Shown here: piece after piece, positions 24,397 to 25,053 of the stretch | Position numbering within the stretch: position 1 is the first letter of the stretch | How the letters are laid out: each line of letters begins with the position of its first letter | Source: a virus | Lineage: Duplodnaviria > Caudoviricetes | Strand: one strand, 5' to 3' | Virus record (IMG/VR): IMGVR_UViG_3300034279_000147 | Coordinates: 1 to 25,053 of that record | DNA length: 25,053 bases | The notes under the pieces: generated by a model | Seen by the model: the letters and a program-made list of their open reading frames with translations, nothing else | Databases searched by the model: none | What the model was told of the DNA's origin: nothing | Translations under genes and position numbers: made by a program

Positions 24397-25053
24397 ATGA
24401 TTGACGTCAACAAAATTACCTCCACGCTGGCCAAGTTGCCAGATCAGCAGCTGCAGCAGTACGCGCAGATGCACAAGAGCGATCCGTACATCATGGCCTT
24501 GGCCATGTCGGAGTCCAACCGCCGCAAAGAAATGCGCTCTGCTGGTCAGGGCGCACAAGGCATGCAAGAGCAGCCCAAAGTGGTCGACCAGATGGTGGCC
24601 GAGATGGCTCCCCAGCAGCTTCCCGAAGACCAAGGTATTGGCCAGCTCCCCGCAGGCGACATGAACTTTGCAAGCGGCGGCATCATTGCGTTTGCTGGCG
24701 GTGGGGATGTTGAGCGTTATCAGTATGGCGGCATGCCTAAACCCACCAGCATGATGGGCGACATCCCCGGGTTTGTTGCTGGTACACCCATTTTTCAGAC
24801 GCAACCCGGCGTCCCGGAAGAAGAACCGTTTTTCCGCAGATTGTTACGGGAGCGCACAGAAGCAGTTGAGGCGCAACGTGTGCAAGAAGCGCGTGCGCGT
24901 GCGATGAAAGGGCAGCCACTGTCGCCCGAAGATCAGGCCCGTATTGCCAACGCAGATAAAGCTAAGGCCGTTGCGGATACATCTGCGCAAGACATGGCGC
25001 AGTTTGATGCCGCGTCTAACCTGTACATGACCGAGCGTGCAGCCAAGCAGGCG
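24397..25053 (+). CDS. Putative ejection/internal virion protein (3'-truncated), absent from the ORF track
   Basis: GAGGT RBS and ATG at 24397 (MIDVNKITSTLAKLPDQQLQQYAQ...); open to the end of the window; FASGGIIAFAGGG motif. Confidence 0.75.
   Translation, partial: MIDVNKITSTLAKLPDQQLQQYAQMHKSDPYIMALAMSESNRRKEMRSAGQGAQGMQEQPKVVDQMVAEMAPQQLPEDQGIGQLPAGDMNFASGGIIAFAGGGDVERYQYGGMPKPTSMMGDIPGFVAGTPIFQTQPGVPEEEPFFRRLLRERTEAVEAQRVQEARARAMKGQPLSPEDQARIANADKAKAVADTSAQDMAQFDAASNLYMTERAAKQA

Noticed and set aside
24401-24664. 87-aa ORF from the track
   Set aside because: Out of frame with the RBS-supported gene starting at 24397, which stays open to the window end.
1-25053. Specific host or named phage assignment
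   Set aside because: Composition and gene content fit an aquatic proteobacterial podovirus, but nothing in the window pins down the host or species without a search.

Overview
The window is the virion-morphogenesis and lysis block of a tailed, podovirus-like phage or prophage. It holds about 45 tightly packed genes, all on the + strand, many coupled by ATGA/TAATG overlaps or preceded by AAGGAG/GAGG ribosome-binding sites. Order: portal C-terminus, GroES co-chaperonin, scaffold-like protein, Mu gpT-like major capsid protein (resembles the HTVC010P-like aquatic phage group), terminator/promoter/pseudoknotted RNA (Mu-gpT-DE-like), a cluster of small basic proteins, adaptor/tail proteins, tail fibres (one with an S74 auto-chaperone), a lysis cassette (T4 T-like holin, 3TM-holin-like protein, GH19 endolysin), a GIY-YIG/NUMOD3 endonuclease that duplicated the endolysin 3' end, a tail nozzle, and ejection proteins. 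Best leads: (1) a DDxxD isoprenoid-synthase-like gene coupled to an ejection protein with a P22 gp7-like 20-aa leader ending in Cys, a possible virion-protein prenylation system; (2) a [FYML]xxGG motif and an RGxGxAx(K/R)G motif shared by unrelated small proteins and ejection proteins, a possible capsid-cargo tagging system; (3) a T4 T-like GAF holin, suggesting lysis inhibition; (4) the structured RNA after the capsid gene. All family assignments come from motif recognition and memory; no searches were run.
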